A stretch of DNA of 64,000 nucleotides from Candidatus Hydrogenedentota bacterium (GTDB lineage Bacteria; Hydrogenedentota; Hydrogenedentia; Hydrogenedentales; SLHB01). Location of the stretch: NCBI GenBank assembly GCA_963745075.1, contig CAVUWV010000023.1:1-64000 (forward strand). The letters run 5' to 3'. Positions 48,977 through 59,841 of the stretch are shown here, in pieces; within the stretch, counting starts at the first letter, position 1; each line of letters starts with the position of its first letter. The translations under genes and the position numbers were made by a program. Below the pieces are notes generated by a model. That model saw nothing but the letters and a program-made list of their open reading frames with translations, was not told the DNA's origin and searched no databases.

Positions 48977-49609
48977 TTACGATTCCGACTTCTCTTGGAG
49001 CAGCCGATCGATGTCGCCTTTGAGACGGAGGGTGTCCGCTTCATCCATGCCGTCGTAGTAGCCCCGGATGTGGCCGTTGCCGTCGATGAGCACGAAGCGC
49101 TGGCTGTGCGCCATGGGAGTTTCCGGCACGCCGACCTTGAAGCCTTCCGTACCGGCCATCCGATTGATCTTCTCGATGGGACCCGTGAGGAAGTGCCAGC
49201 GGTTGGTGTCGGCCTGATGCTCGTTCGCGTACTCGGCCAGCACCTCCGGCGAATCCGTATCCGGGTCCGTCGAAAAGGAAACGAACTGGACACGATCGTT
49301 GCCGGTGTACTTGTCGTGCAGGGTCTTCATGTTTTTCGACATGACGGGGCAAGCGCCTTGGCAGGACGTCAAGAACAGATCCGCCACCCAGACTTTCCCG
49401 ACGAGCTGCGCCTTGGTGAATTCGTTACCGGTCGAGTCGACCAGCGAAAAATCCGGCACGACGCCTACGTCATAGAGTGAGTCCGGTTCGGTTTGCACGC
49501 CGGGCGTGGCCTTGACGGCGGAGGTGCGCTGGATGAACAGCGGCGTCACGCTGAGGGCGACCAGGATGACGGCCAGGATGGCGATGAGGGCGATTCTGCG
49601 GGAATTCAT
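48977..49609 (-). CDS. SCO1/SenC copper chaperone
   Basis: N-terminal TM; CQGACP; DPDTDSP; HSQRFVLID. Confidence 0.93.
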   Translation of the reverse strand: MNSRRIALIAILAVILVALSVTPLFIQRTSAVKATPGVQTEPDSLYDVGVVPDFSLVDSTGNEFTKAQLVGKVWVADLFLTSCQGACPVMSKNMKTLHDKYTGNDRVQFVSFSTDPDTDSPEVLAEYANEHQADTNRWHFLTGPIEKINRMAGTEGFKVGVPETPMAHSQRFVLIDGNGHIRGYYDGMDEADTLRLKGDIDRLLQEKSES

Positions 49610-49666
49610 GATGCGGTTTCCTGTACTGCCTGAATTATGGCTTCATGACCCACGGGGCCGGAGCGG

Positions 49667-50561
49667 TCAAAGGCTAAAGTCTATCACAATCAACATCAGC
49701 AAGAGCGGAAGATACAGAACCAACGTCTTAAGCACGCGCCGGGCGTCTCCCACGGAGCCGGTGCGCACCAGGGGGAAACACGAGGCCAGCATGTAGATTC
49801 CCAGCAGCACCGCGCCGACTGAATACACGTAGCCGGAAAGTCCAATGGCGGTCGGCAAAAGCGATACGGGAATCAACAGCGCCGCGAATCCGATGATCTG
49901 GCGGAAGGTCCGGCGGCCGCCCGGATCGTTTACGGGCAGCATCTTGAACCCGCCCTTGCGGTAGTCGTCCTTGAATATCCAGGCAATGGAATAGAAATGC
50001 GGCTGCTGCCAAATGAACAGGATCAGGAACAAGACCCAGGCCCCGGTTTCAATCTGGCCCGTTGCAGCGGTCCAGCCGCCCACCGGAGGCAAGGCGCCGG
50101 GAATGGCCCCGATCAAGGTGTTCAACCAGGACACGCGCTTCATCGGGGTATAGACCAGGACGTAGAGGAACGCGGTCAATAGCCCTAGGAAGGCTGTCAA
50201 CAGGTTCACTTTCCACATGAGCAGCAGGACGCCGCCGAGCACCAGATATTCGCCCAGTAGAAGGGCATGATTCGCAGGGACGGCGCCCGAAGGGATGGGC
50301 CGGTTGCGCGTGCGGTCCATAAGGGCGTCGATGTCGCGTTCGAGGAAGTGGTTCAGCGATCCGGAGCCGCCGGAGACCATCGCCACGCCAATCAGCGTGT
50401 AAATCAGGCCGTGAACGGATTCCCACCCGTGGAAGCCGATGCCGCCCATGAAATAGCCGAGCGTCGCGGTTACCAGCACCAAGCGTGGTGATTCGGGGTT
50501 TGGTCAGGTCCAAATAGGCCCCATAGGGAATGGAGCGTAAACGCGTAATAATTGTCTTCAC
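49667..50561 (-). CDS. ctaB: Heme o synthase (protoheme IX farnesyltransferase), frameshift near 50482
   Basis: LTKPRI, ERDIDALMDRTRNRP, YTPMKR, GALPP, WQQPHF. Confidence 0.93.
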
Positions 50562-50776
50562 GGGGGATAATTCGCCTATGGTTCAGTCGGTTTTCAGCTA
50601 AGATAACGGCCCACCAGGATTGGCCGAAAACGCAAAGTATAGCCGATAAACGCGACAAAAATCGACCCATCACCTCAGATTCCCGGCAATATCAGGCGTA
50701 ACGACGCCAAGCCGCGAAATATTTCACGAAATTCGCGAAATGGGAATCTACAACCGGTCCGAGACGTGGACGCAAT

Positions 50777-50804
50777 AAAAATGCCGCGCTTGGCGAGCGC
50801 GGCA
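50777..50804 (-). terminator. Rho-independent terminator of htpG
   Basis: Minus strand TGCCGCGCT-cgcca-AGCGCGGCA-TTTTT, about 27 nt after the stop. Confidence 0.75.
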
Positions 50805-50830
50805 GTACGATTCACGCGAAAGGCGGTATA

Positions 50831-52778
50831 TTACTCCGCGTGGACCATCAAGTCTGCCACGAGTTTTGCGAACTGCCCGGGGTTGGGCGGCTGATTGCCT
50901 TCGGCGAGGGCGGCTTGACCGTAAAGCAATTGGGCGTAGTCACTTAGGCGACTATCCCGGAATCCGCCGTATAGATCGATTCCAGGCGCTCCAGGATCGG
51001 GTGATTTGGATTTAACTCCAGGATTCGCTTCGTCTTAGGCACATCCTGGTTGGCGGCGCGCATGAGCTGCTCCAACTGGGGGCTCATGTCGAACTGATCG
51101 CCAACCAGGCATGCGGCCGAGTTGGTCAGGCGCGTAGAAAGACGGACCTCTTTGACGTGTTCGTCGAGGTGTTGCTTGAGGCATTCGAGGAGGGACTTGT
51201 GCTCCTCCTCCTTGGACTTGAGGTCTTCTTCGGCTCTTCTTCCGTTCCTCTTCGCTCCCGAGCTCGACGGTGCCCTTACCGACGGATTGGAACTTCTTTC
51301 CGTCGAACTCGAACATGGACTGGGTCCAGAGTTCATCGACGTTGTCGGTCAGGATCAGGACTTCGTAGCCTTTGTCGCGAAACGCTTCCAGGTGGGGCGA
51401 GTTTTCGATGGCCGCGCGCGATTCGCCCGTCATGAAGTAGATGGCGTCCTGGTCCTCCTTCATGCGGTCCTTGTATTCGCGCAACGACGTGAGGGCGGAC
51501 GAATCGTCCGTCGACTCAAACAGCATGAGGTCGAGCAACGCGTCGCGGTTGTCGTTATCCTGGTACAAGCCCTTCCTTCAGAACCGGCCCGAATTCCTTC
51601 CAGAACGACAGGTACTTGTCCTTCTCCGTGTCGCGCATCTTCTTGAAGGAATCCAGCAGCTTGTTGATGACGCCTTTGCGAATGCGCTGGATCTGCCGGT
51701 TCTGCTGAAGGATTTCGCGGGAGATGTTCAGCGAAAGATCTTCGGAATCGACGACCCCCTTGACGAAGCGGAGGTATTCAGGCAGCAGTTCCGTGCAGTC
51801 GTCCATGATGAAGACGCGCTTCACGTAAAGTTGGATGCCGCGGCGGCCTTCCCGCATGTAAAGGTCGAACGGCGCGCGCGCCGGAAGGAAGAGGAGCATC
51901 TGGTATTCCAGCGTACCCTCGATCTTGGCGCGTATCGTCTCCAGCGGCGGCGTCCAATCGTGCGACACGTGCTTGTAGAATTCCGTGTACTCTTCCTCCG
52001 TGACCTCGTCCTTGTCGCGGAGCCAGATGGCCTTCATCGAGTTGAGGGTCTCGATTTCGACGACCGTTTCTTCCTTCGCGCCCTCAATGGGTTTTCCCTC
52101 GTCGTCGCGGGGGACCTCGGTGCGCGTGATCTCCATCTTGATGGGATAGGCCACGAAATCGCTGTATTTCTTGACGATTTCGCGGATCTTCCACTCCTGC
52201 GTGTAATCGTGGAGACCGTCCTCCGAGTCCGCTGGCTTGAGGTGCAGGGTAACGCTGGTGCCGGGTTCAGGGACATCGACTTCCTCAAGGGTATACGTGC
52301 CTTCCCCGGAGGACTCCCAGCGGACGCCGGCGGTCTCGCCCGCATGACGCGTGACGAGCGTGACCTTGTCGGCCACCATAAATGACGAATAGAAGCCCAC
52401 GCCAAACTGCCCAATCATCTCGGGCGAGTGCGCTTCCTTGGCCTGTTTCAACGCGGCCATGAACTCGCGGGTACCGGATTTGGCGATGGTGCCGATGAGA
52501 TCGATGACGTCCTGACGCGTCATCCCGATCCCGGTGTCGCGAACGGTCAAGGTGTGCGCGTCCGAATCGGCCTCGATAAAGATGTGGAGGTCGGTGCCTT
52601 CCGGCATGAGATGGGGCTCGGTCAGGGATTGAAACCGGCGCCGGTCGAGGGCGTCGGAACTGTTGGAGATCAGTTCCCGCAGGAAAATGTCCTTGTTCGA
52701 ATAAATCGAGTGGACCATAAGGTCCAGGAGTTGGCGTGCTTCCGCCTGAAACTCGAAAGTCTCGGCCGTGGTGCTCAT
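50831..52778 (-). CDS. htpG: Molecular chaperone HtpG (Hsp90), frameshifted
   Basis: FQAEARQLL, IFLRELISN, IGQFGVGFYS, LNISRE; C-terminal LELNPNHP and LYGQAALAEG in other frames. Confidence 0.95.
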
Positions 52779-53007
52779 CTGTCTTCTCCTTCTGTTCGCA
52801 TTGCAAAAAACGACATTGGCAGCAGTTCACCGGGCAGACCCAGGGCCGCTTGTAGTTTGTGTTGAGCCCCGTATTCTACCGAACGACGACGGCGATGTGA
52901 AGATCCTCGTGGCCAGCGTTTGGGACGACCGCTCCGAGTATCCCTACAAAAACACAGGTGTGAGGGATGGCGATCCGTCTACCTCCGGCGACAAGTTGTC
53001 GTATGGG

Positions 53008-53141
53008 CACACTGGGAGCGCCAGGCACCAGCCTGGCGAAGCTTCGGAGAGGGTCCATCAAGTTGCACAATTGCAGTGCGTGCGTCGCAGTTGGTGGACG
53101 CTCCGAATCCCGCCAGGCTGGTGCCTGGCGCTCCCAGTGTG
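53008..53141. repeat. 31-bp perfect inverted repeat REP-like element (family D)
   Basis: cacactgggagcgccaggcaccagcctggcg ... cgccaggctggtgcctggcgctcccagtgtg. Confidence 0.9.
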
Positions 53142-53297
53142 GCGCGTTTCTCCCCCTTTGTATTGGTTCAAAGGCAGATCTGACCGCGGGCGTCAATTTT
53201 GTCAACCTTTGCACGGGCACCCGCGTTGCGGGCATAAGGATCGCTGTGTCCCGCGGGCGCGTGTTATAGTAGGTGTTTTCCGACGAGGAACCGCTCG

Positions 53298-54180
53298 ATG
53301 TTTCGTAATCATCGTCATATTGTGTGGGCTGTAGTGGCTGGTCTCGCCCTGTTCGGGTGTGAACGGCCGGCGGGGATTACGTCGTCCGACACCGCGCTCG
53401 CCGCGACGAAAGATCCCGCGCGGCCGGCGACACCGGAACCGCAGAAGGCCGAAGACCCCATCAAAGACTTGAACAGCAAGTTGGAGTCGATGGGGGCACA
53501 AGTCGTCGAGACACCCAAGGACAACCCGGGCGAAACGAAGGTCCGCGACCTCGAAACGTTGTCCAGGGAAGTGGACGAGTTGCAGGCGGAAGTCAAACGA
53601 TTGCAGGAGACGGTGGACCTGACGAATCTCGTACGTCGTGGGCGATTTGCAGGAAGAGAACCGGCGGCTTCGTGAAGAGGTGGCCCGTGCGTACGGTGTG
53701 ACGCCGGAATCGTCGGAAGACGGCCGTGACGTGGTAGTGCTGGGTTCGGGCGAGGCGGGGGGCATGCAAGACACGCCGGATATGCAAGACGGAAACACTC
53801 CGGAGCCCGGCCCGGGTGTGGAAGATGCGGATTACGGGGAACAGGGGTATATCTCCGTGAAGGAGTGGGGACGGTCGCCGGAGGAAGTAGCGTCGCTGGG
53901 GGCCAATGTGCCGTCGCTGAAAGGAATGATTTGCGCCGTACCGCATCGTATGGACGACGCGGAACTCTCCGATTTGGGGCGACAGTTGCGCGACAAATTC
54001 GACAACTACGACAACATCGTCATCGAAGTCTTCAACGATGAGGCGGCCGCGCGGGCCTACGCCGACAGGAACGTACGCTCGACGGTGACAAACGTGTTGA
54101 GCATTCAAAAGGACGGAGAAACCGGGAAAGACTATATTCTGCTTCATCGCAACGGGGTGTCCATCGACGTCCCCCGCTGA
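53298..54180 (+). CDS. Hypothetical lipoprotein with coiled coil, one frameshift near 53630
   Basis: GAGGA RBS; lipobox LFGC; heptad region continues across ORFs 53298 and 53638. Confidence 0.7.
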
Positions 54181-54307
54181 CGGGGGCGTCTGGAAATCTA
54201 CTTCCCGTATTCCTTTTCTCTTTCACATCCTGCGCGCGTGTACGGCGCCCCAATTGTCGAGTACGAGAGCGAGTACGAGAGAAAAGCCGCGACAGGATTT
54301 TTTCTTG

Positions 54308-54832
54308 CTATTCCTCTTCGAGGGTGTAGATCGCGGGGAGATGGCGGTACCGTTCGTCGTGATCCAGTCCGTAGCCGACGACGAAGTGGTCGTCGATGGT
54401 GATCCCCACGTACTGTGCATCGACCGACACGATGCGCCTGGCGGGTTTATCCAGGAAAACGCAGAGTTCCAGCGACTTCGGGTTGTGCTCGTTCAGGATC
54501 GCGAGGATAGCAGCCGTGGTGCGGCCGGTATCCAGGATGTCTTCGATCACGATGAGGGATTTGCCCCGCAACGGCTGTTCCGGAAGAACGGGCAGGAGCA
54601 CGTCGCCCCCGGAATTGGTGCCCGTGTAACTTTTCGCGCGGATGTATTCGACGGAGAGGGGCAGGTCGATCTGGCGCATGAGATCGGCAGCGAAGAGGGT
54701 GCCGCCTTTGAGCACCACCACGAGGACCAGGTCTTCGCAACCGCGATGTCGGTCGGAAACTTCGCGCGCAAGCCGCGCGACGGTGTCGCGGATTTCCGAT
54801 TCCGCAATCAGCGGTGCGTCACTCAGCCGCAT
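54308..54832 (-). CDS. hpt: Hypoxanthine phosphoribosyltransferase
   Basis: VLKGG, VIEDILDTGRT, FVVGYGLD; follows tilS. Confidence 0.95.
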   Translation of the reverse strand: MRLSDAPLIAESEIRDTVARLAREVSDRHRGCEDLVLVVVLKGGTLFAADLMRQIDLPLSVEYIRAKSYTGTNSGGDVLLPVLPEQPLRGKSLIVIEDILDTGRTTAAILAILNEHNPKSLELCVFLDKPARRIVSVDAQYVGITIDDHFVVGYGLDHDERYRHLPAIYTLEEE

Positions 54833-56219
54833 CCAGAACCTCCACCTCGATCAATCGTGCCGTATGTTGGGTCACGGCAAACTCCGCGCTCATGGCGTAC
54901 CCCACCACCCAGGCGATCCGGCCGCCGCTCATGAGCAGTGGAACCCGGTCTCGATCCGAGACCGGCAGGCCGGCATCCACAAAGTAATCTTTTACCTTCT
55001 TGGTCCCCCCCATGCCAAGGGGAATGAACCGGTCGCCGGGGCGCCGGAGCCGCACGGTCAGCGCCGCGCCCAGGACGTTGGCGTCGAAGACCTGGCGCGA
55101 CGGGGTGCAGTATTGGGTGAGGGGAACCGCGGGGGTCATCTCCAGGAACCGCACACGAAAGGTGAGGCCGAAGGCCGTCGTTTCGCCTGGACACGCGAGG
55201 CCGATTTCGCGATCGTCTCGCGCCGCTTCGCCGCGTATGACGTTGGTCAAGTCACGGGCGTTGCGCAGCAACACGCCCCCGCCGAGATCGAAGCAGCGGC
55301 CCGCGGGTCCATCGGCAATGAAGGCCCGGGCCCCTTCCACCCGATCGTACGGACACTCGACGCCGTACCGCCACCCGATGGCCACGACAGCGCGGCGCTG
55401 ACAGGCCACCATGCCGCGGGCGAAAACATCCCGTTTGATCCGGCCCGCGGTGAAACAGCGCTCGAGAAATTCCACCACCGTGTCGTCCAGCAGTTCATTC
55501 TCCGCGCGCTGTACATCGGCGAGCCGCACCAGCGCTTCGGGCAGGCGTGGATTATACTCGGCGGTAAGCATCGGCAGGAGGTCATGACGGAGGCGATTAC
55601 GAAGGAACCGCGTGTCCGTATTGGAGTGGTCGATACGATAGGCTACTTGCCGTTGGTCGAGGTAAGCGACGATCGCCTTGCGCGTGCAGTCCAACAAAGG
55701 ACGAATGATGCGCACGTTGCCGGCCATGCGCAGGGGCGGAATCCCGGACAAGCCGCCCGGCGCCGCGCCGCGCAATACACGCATCAACACGGTCTCCGCC
55801 TGATCGTCGGCGTGATGGCCCGTAGCGATTGCGTCGCATCCGATTGCTTCCGCCGTGTCCGCGAGATAGGCGTATCGAACCTTCCGGGCGTACTCTTCGA
55901 AGGACAGCGGCGACGCTTCGGCCTCCGCTTCGACGGCGCGGCTTTCCGCGTGCAAGGGCACGCCCAGGCCGTCGCACAACGCCGTGACGAATGCGGCGTC
56001 GGCGGCGCTGGCGCCTTCCCGCGTTTGATGATCGAGGTGCGCCGCTTCGACCGTGTACCCGAGTTCTTTCAGCACGTGCAACAGACACACGGAATCGGGA
56101 CCGCCGGAAACGGCGACGAGGATCTTCTCCCCCGTCTCGACCATGCGGTGGGCGCGAAGCGTTCGTTGCACTCGTTCCAGTAGAGGATGTGCCACAGGTT
56201 TTCTCGCGGGCCGTTGCAA
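54819..56219 (-). CDS. tilS: tRNA(Ile)-lysidine synthetase
   Basis: AVSGGPDS, GHHADDQAET, RPLL, RNRLRH, TilS C-terminal PGDRF..KKVKD. Confidence 0.95.
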   Translation of the reverse strand: MQRPARKPVAHPLLERVQRTLRAHRMVETGEKILVAVSGGPDSVCLLHVLKELGYTVEAAHLDHQTREGASAADAAFVTALCDGLGVPLHAESRAVEAEAEASPLSFEEYARKVRYAYLADTAEAIGCDAIATGHHADDQAETVLMRVLRGAAPGGLSGIPPLRMAGNVRIIRPLLDCTRKAIVAYLDQRQVAYRIDHSNTDTRFLRNRLRHDLLPMLTAEYNPRLPEALVRLADVQRAENELLDDTVVEFLERCFTAGRIKRDVFARGMVACQRRAVVAIGWRYGVECPYDRVEGARAFIADGPAGRCFDLGGGVLLRNARDLTNVIRGEAARDDREIGLACPGETTAFGLTFRVRFLEMTPAVPLTQYCTPSRQVFDANVLGAALTVRLRRPGDRFIPLGMGGTKKVKDYFVDAGLPVSDRDRVPLLMSGGRIAWVVGYAMSAEFAVTQHTARLIEVEVLDAAE

Positions 56220-56225
56220 GTGCGG

Positions 56226-57149
56226 TCAGGGCGCGCCGGTGTCGCGGCTGAATCGCTGCTGCAGAATGCGCCAGACCGCACAGGACTGGCCCAAATTCTC
56301 ACGGGGGTCGCCCGGGACTTGGTAACTCTGCAATCCAACCGGACCGCGGTATCCCCGATCGCGAAAGGCCTTGAGCACCGTGTAGTACTCGTCGATATCT
56401 TCTCGTTCCAAGGGTCCGATATCGTGGGGACCCACGTCGCCGTTAATCGACATGACGAGCATGCGTGGCGCGAGGGCTTTCGCGACTTCTTCGATGGGGC
56501 GCTTGCGATCCCCGAGCGCTTTCCAGTGGAACAGGTTGAACGAGGTTCCGAAGTTGGGCCGGTTCACCTTGTCCGCGAGGCGCACGGTGTCTTCCGGAGA
56601 CTCGACCCACAAACCAATGTGCGGATACGGGGCGACCTTGACGCCGTAAGGCGCGGCCATGTCGGCGATTTCCTGGAAGATTGGCACGGCGTATTCGTCG
56701 CCGGCCGGATCGGAGGGCTTGAATCGTTTGCTCTGCGTGTTGCACCAAAGCACGGTGCCGCGATCCTTCAGCAAGGGAAGGGCGTCCACGAGTCCCGGAT
56801 TATACGGCACTTCGCCGGGGTCGATGTGCACGGCGAAGTAAATGGTGAAGAGCTTAAGATGATGTGCGTCGAGCGCTTTCAAAGCGGGTTCGAGATCGGT
56901 GAGTTCGCGGTTGTCGAAACCATCGAGCCCAACATTGACCAGGATCTTGACCTGTTCCTCGACCGATTTCGGTCCGTCGATCTCCATGCTGTTCTTGAAT
57001 GCGAAGAGGGGGTTGTCAAGCCGGTCAGCCATTGCCGCGGACGTGCCGAACCACACGCCCAGCACGCAGACGCAAGCCAGCACGTGTGAAGGGGATCGCC
57101 GCTGGGGTGTCCGGTTCGCGGAACTTCGGATGGTAGGTTTCGAGATCAT
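56226..57149 (-). CDS. Exported sugar phosphate isomerase/epimerase-like TIM barrel
   Basis: Signal-like N-terminus; YPH, SFNLFHW, GYRGPVGLQ. Confidence 0.75.
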   Translation of the reverse strand: MISKPTIRSSANRTPQRRSPSHVLACVCVLGVWFGTSAAMADRLDNPLFAFKNSMEIDGPKSVEEQVKILVNVGLDGFDNRELTDLEPALKALDAHHLKLFTIYFAVHIDPGEVPYNPGLVDALPLLKDRGTVLWCNTQSKRFKPSDPAGDEYAVPIFQEIADMAAPYGVKVAPYPHIGLWVESPEDTVRLADKVNRPNFGTSFNLFHWKALGDRKRPIEEVAKALAPRMLVMSINGDVGPHDIGPLEREDIDEYYTVLKAFRDRGYRGPVGLQSYQVPGDPRENLGQSCAVWRILQQRFSRDTGAP

Positions 57150-57393
57150 GGCGCCGTCCTGGCCTTTCCGTTGTGCGGTTCCACCCGCACCGTCCCATGG
57201 CAACCCAGGTTCATAAGTACGTCCATTGTGGGCATGCAGAATCGCATATGTCCACGTCGATTTCCATCGTTCCCGGAATCTTCTTGGTGAGATGGGGTAT
57301 TATATGGGCCAAATCACGACATTTCCTGGCCGGTTATCTTCCGGTCGTCACGGTTTCGGACCGGAAATCCCTTCAAAACTATGGAAAGGCACC

Positions 57394-58587
57394 ATGCGCA
57401 TTAGAAGACATCTTCACGTACTCGGAATCGTCATTCTCTTGGCCACGATCCACATGGCAGCCGTCGCGGACACGGTTTACCTGCACAACGGCGACCGCAT
57501 ATCGGGGACCGTGACCGGCATTTCCGACGAGACCGTGCGCATCACCACGGATTACGCGGGCGACGTGGAGGTGCAGCGCACGGCAATTCTGGCGCTGGAC
57601 ACCGAGCGCAGTTTCACCGTGCAGCGCGACAACGGCACGACGGTTACGGGCCCGCTCACGCTGGAAGACGGCACGCCCGGTGTGCGGACGGGTTCGGGGT
57701 TCGTCCCGGCACCGATAGCCGGTCTCGTAAGTGCGGTTGAGCCTGCACCTGCCAATCCGGAAGGAACCCCCTCCTTGTGGTCCGGGTTCGTCGAGTCGGG
57801 CCTGACCCTCCGTTCGGGCAATACGGACACGACGGATTTTTTGTTCAAATCCAGCGCTACCCGCGACGGCGAGTGGACCGAACTCACGTTGACCCTTTCC
57901 GCGGACTACGGGGAAGCCGAGTCAATCATCAACACCCGGCGCTACAAGGGGGAGGCGAAGTGGAAGGGCTATCTGACGGACCGGTTCTATCTGCTGGGTG
58001 TGGCTTCGGCAGAACACGATGACGGACGCAAGCTCGATCTGCGCGGGACCGCGGGCGCGGGCGCGGGGTACGCGTTCATCGACAATGAAAAGCGGCATCT
58101 CAGTCTCGAGGCAGGGCTGGAGTACGCGTGGGAACGGTGGAACCCCCTCACGCCTCAGGAGCGGGACGAAACGCGCAACGCGATCCGCACGAGCGCCATC
58201 GAACGGCTTTCCTCGTTGACGGCTCAGATCAATGGGGACATCAACCTGTCGGACGTACGAAACTTGCGGCTCATCTTCAAGGACATCCGCGATCCGTTGC
58301 GCGGGTTTGAAAGCCGCGAGGAAGATTATCTCAGCGCACGGATCACCGGCGAATTCACGCAGCAGTTGTTCAAAGACAGCAGCCTATCGGACAAGTTGGT
58401 CGTGCTGCCGAATCTGAATAATTTTGGCGAGTTCCGGCTGACCAACGAACTCGCGTTTATGACGCCGTTGACGAAGGCGCTCAACCTCCGCGTGAGCCTT
58501 GAGAGCGAATACGACAGCCTGGCGGGTGAAAGCAATGTCGAAGACTGGAACCACACGCTGAAAACGGGCCTGCGCTACGAGTTTTGA
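57394..58587 (+). CDS. DUF481 (YdiY-like) outer-membrane beta-barrel
   Basis: Signal; DTVYLHNGDRISG; SGNTD; C-terminal GLRYEF beta-signal. Confidence 0.8.
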   Translation: MRIRRHLHVLGIVILLATIHMAAVADTVYLHNGDRISGTVTGISDETVRITTDYAGDVEVQRTAILALDTERSFTVQRDNGTTVTGPLTLEDGTPGVRTGSGFVPAPIAGLVSAVEPAPANPEGTPSLWSGFVESGLTLRSGNTDTTDFLFKSSATRDGEWTELTLTLSADYGEAESIINTRRYKGEAKWKGYLTDRFYLLGVASAEHDDGRKLDLRGTAGAGAGYAFIDNEKRHLSLEAGLEYAWERWNPLTPQERDETRNAIRTSAIERLSSLTAQINGDINLSDVRNLRLIFKDIRDPLRGFESREEDYLSARITGEFTQQLFKDSSLSDKLVVLPNLNNFGEFRLTNELAFMTPLTKALNLRVSLESEYDSLAGESNVEDWNHTLKTGLRYEF

Positions 58588-58644
58588 CGGAGACTCCACT
58601 GCGAACCGGCGGTGAGGAATTCCCTTTGGTAGAGGATCGCTCGT

Positions 58645-59238
58645 CTACCGAATCCACTGCAAGCCGCGGAGCCCTCCGCGATTCAACCGGGACGCCGTGA
58701 AGGGGCTGTCATCGGGGTAGCAGCGGTGGATGGCGCCGATCAGCGACTCCGCCGTGCACAGCATAGGCTTAACGCTGAGTCCGGTGATGTGGCAGAGATC
58801 CGCAATCGTGGTTTCATCCAGCGGGCAAACCATGCCCACGGTCAGCAAATGGCCCAGCTTGTCGATGGGGCACACTTGTCGATCGTACGCGAAATCCCGT
58901 GGAATCAGCCCCGCAAGTTCTTCGGACACGCGATAGTGGGTGAGGTCAATGCTGGTCATGCCGGGCTGCCGCGCCACGAAGGAAACAAAGGAATGGGAGG
59001 TGAGGTGTCCCAGGGCAATGAGCTGGTTGACGATGCGGCCGCCGTTGCCCGCCTGCAATGCCAGCGCTTGATTCAGTTGCTGGCTGGTGATGAGGCCTTC
59101 GGTAATCAGTAATTGCCCGATCGGCCGGCGCCTAGTACCGGACGGGACACCTGCGTGCATGGGTACCGCTCGTTGCGGCGCCGTGCCCGCACCACTGTTT
59201 CGGCTTTCCAACTCACTCACCTCCCTGCCCACCTGCAC
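58645..59238 (-). CDS. Stand-alone MshEN/GSPII_N (T2SSE_N) domain protein, paralog 2
   Basis: PIGQLLITEGLITSQQLNQALALQ..RIVNQLIALG; LTVGMVCPLD..TGLSVKP; no ATPase domain. Confidence 0.8.
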   Translation of the reverse strand: MQVGREVSELESRNSGAGTAPQRAVPMHAGVPSGTRRRPIGQLLITEGLITSQQLNQALALQAGNGGRIVNQLIALGHLTSHSFVSFVARQPGMTSIDLTHYRVSEELAGLIPRDFAYDRQVCPIDKLGHLLTVGMVCPLDETTIADLCHITGLSVKPMLCTAESLIGAIHRCYPDDSPFTASRLNRGGLRGLQWIR

Positions 59239-59289
59239 CTCGGCGGACCAGTGTCGCTCCGCTCCCCCAGAGCAACTTGAATTCCGGGC

Positions 59290-59841
59290 CTACCGCGCCC
59301 ACTGCAACCGGTACAGCTCCTTGCGGCCCGGAATCGGAATTGCAAATTCGTCGTCCCATCCGTAGTGCCGCGCGATGGCGGCCTTAATGCACTCGGGGGA
59401 GCACAACATCGGTTTGACCCGCAGTCCCGTAAGATTCTGCAACTCGTCGACTGTTCCTCTGTCCAAGGGACAGGCCATACCGACCGTGAGCAATTTCCCC
59501 AGCCGGTCTATAGGAAACACCTGGTGGGACGCCGCAAAGTCCTGCGGAACCAACGAAAGGAGTTCTTTTCGTACGCGGCAGTTTGCGAGGACGATGCTGG
59601 AGACTCCCGGCTGGCGCGCGAGAAAGGTCAGAAATGCGTGGGCGCTGATGTAGCCGAGCAGGATAAGTTTTTCGACGATTCGGCCGCCTTGGCCCCGCTG
59701 AAGTTCCAGTGCTTCAAGGAGTTGGCGTTCCGTGATGAGCCCGTCCAGCACCAACAACTCCCCAATCAACTTGCGCCGCGGTTGCGGCTTGTCTTCTGTC
59801 CGCCGCGATGCTGCTACGGGGAATTGTGCCCTGTCTTTCAT
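59290..59841 (-). CDS. Stand-alone MshEN/GSPII_N domain protein, paralog 1
   Basis: LIGELLVLDGLITERQLLEALELQ..RIVEKLILLG; LTVGMACPLD..TGLRVKP. Confidence 0.82.
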   Translation of the reverse strand: MKDRAQFPVAASRRTEDKPQPRRKLIGELLVLDGLITERQLLEALELQRGQGGRIVEKLILLGYISAHAFLTFLARQPGVSSIVLANCRVRKELLSLVPQDFAASHQVFPIDRLGKLLTVGMACPLDRGTVDELQNLTGLRVKPMLCSPECIKAAIARHYGWDDEFAIPIPGRKELYRLQWAR

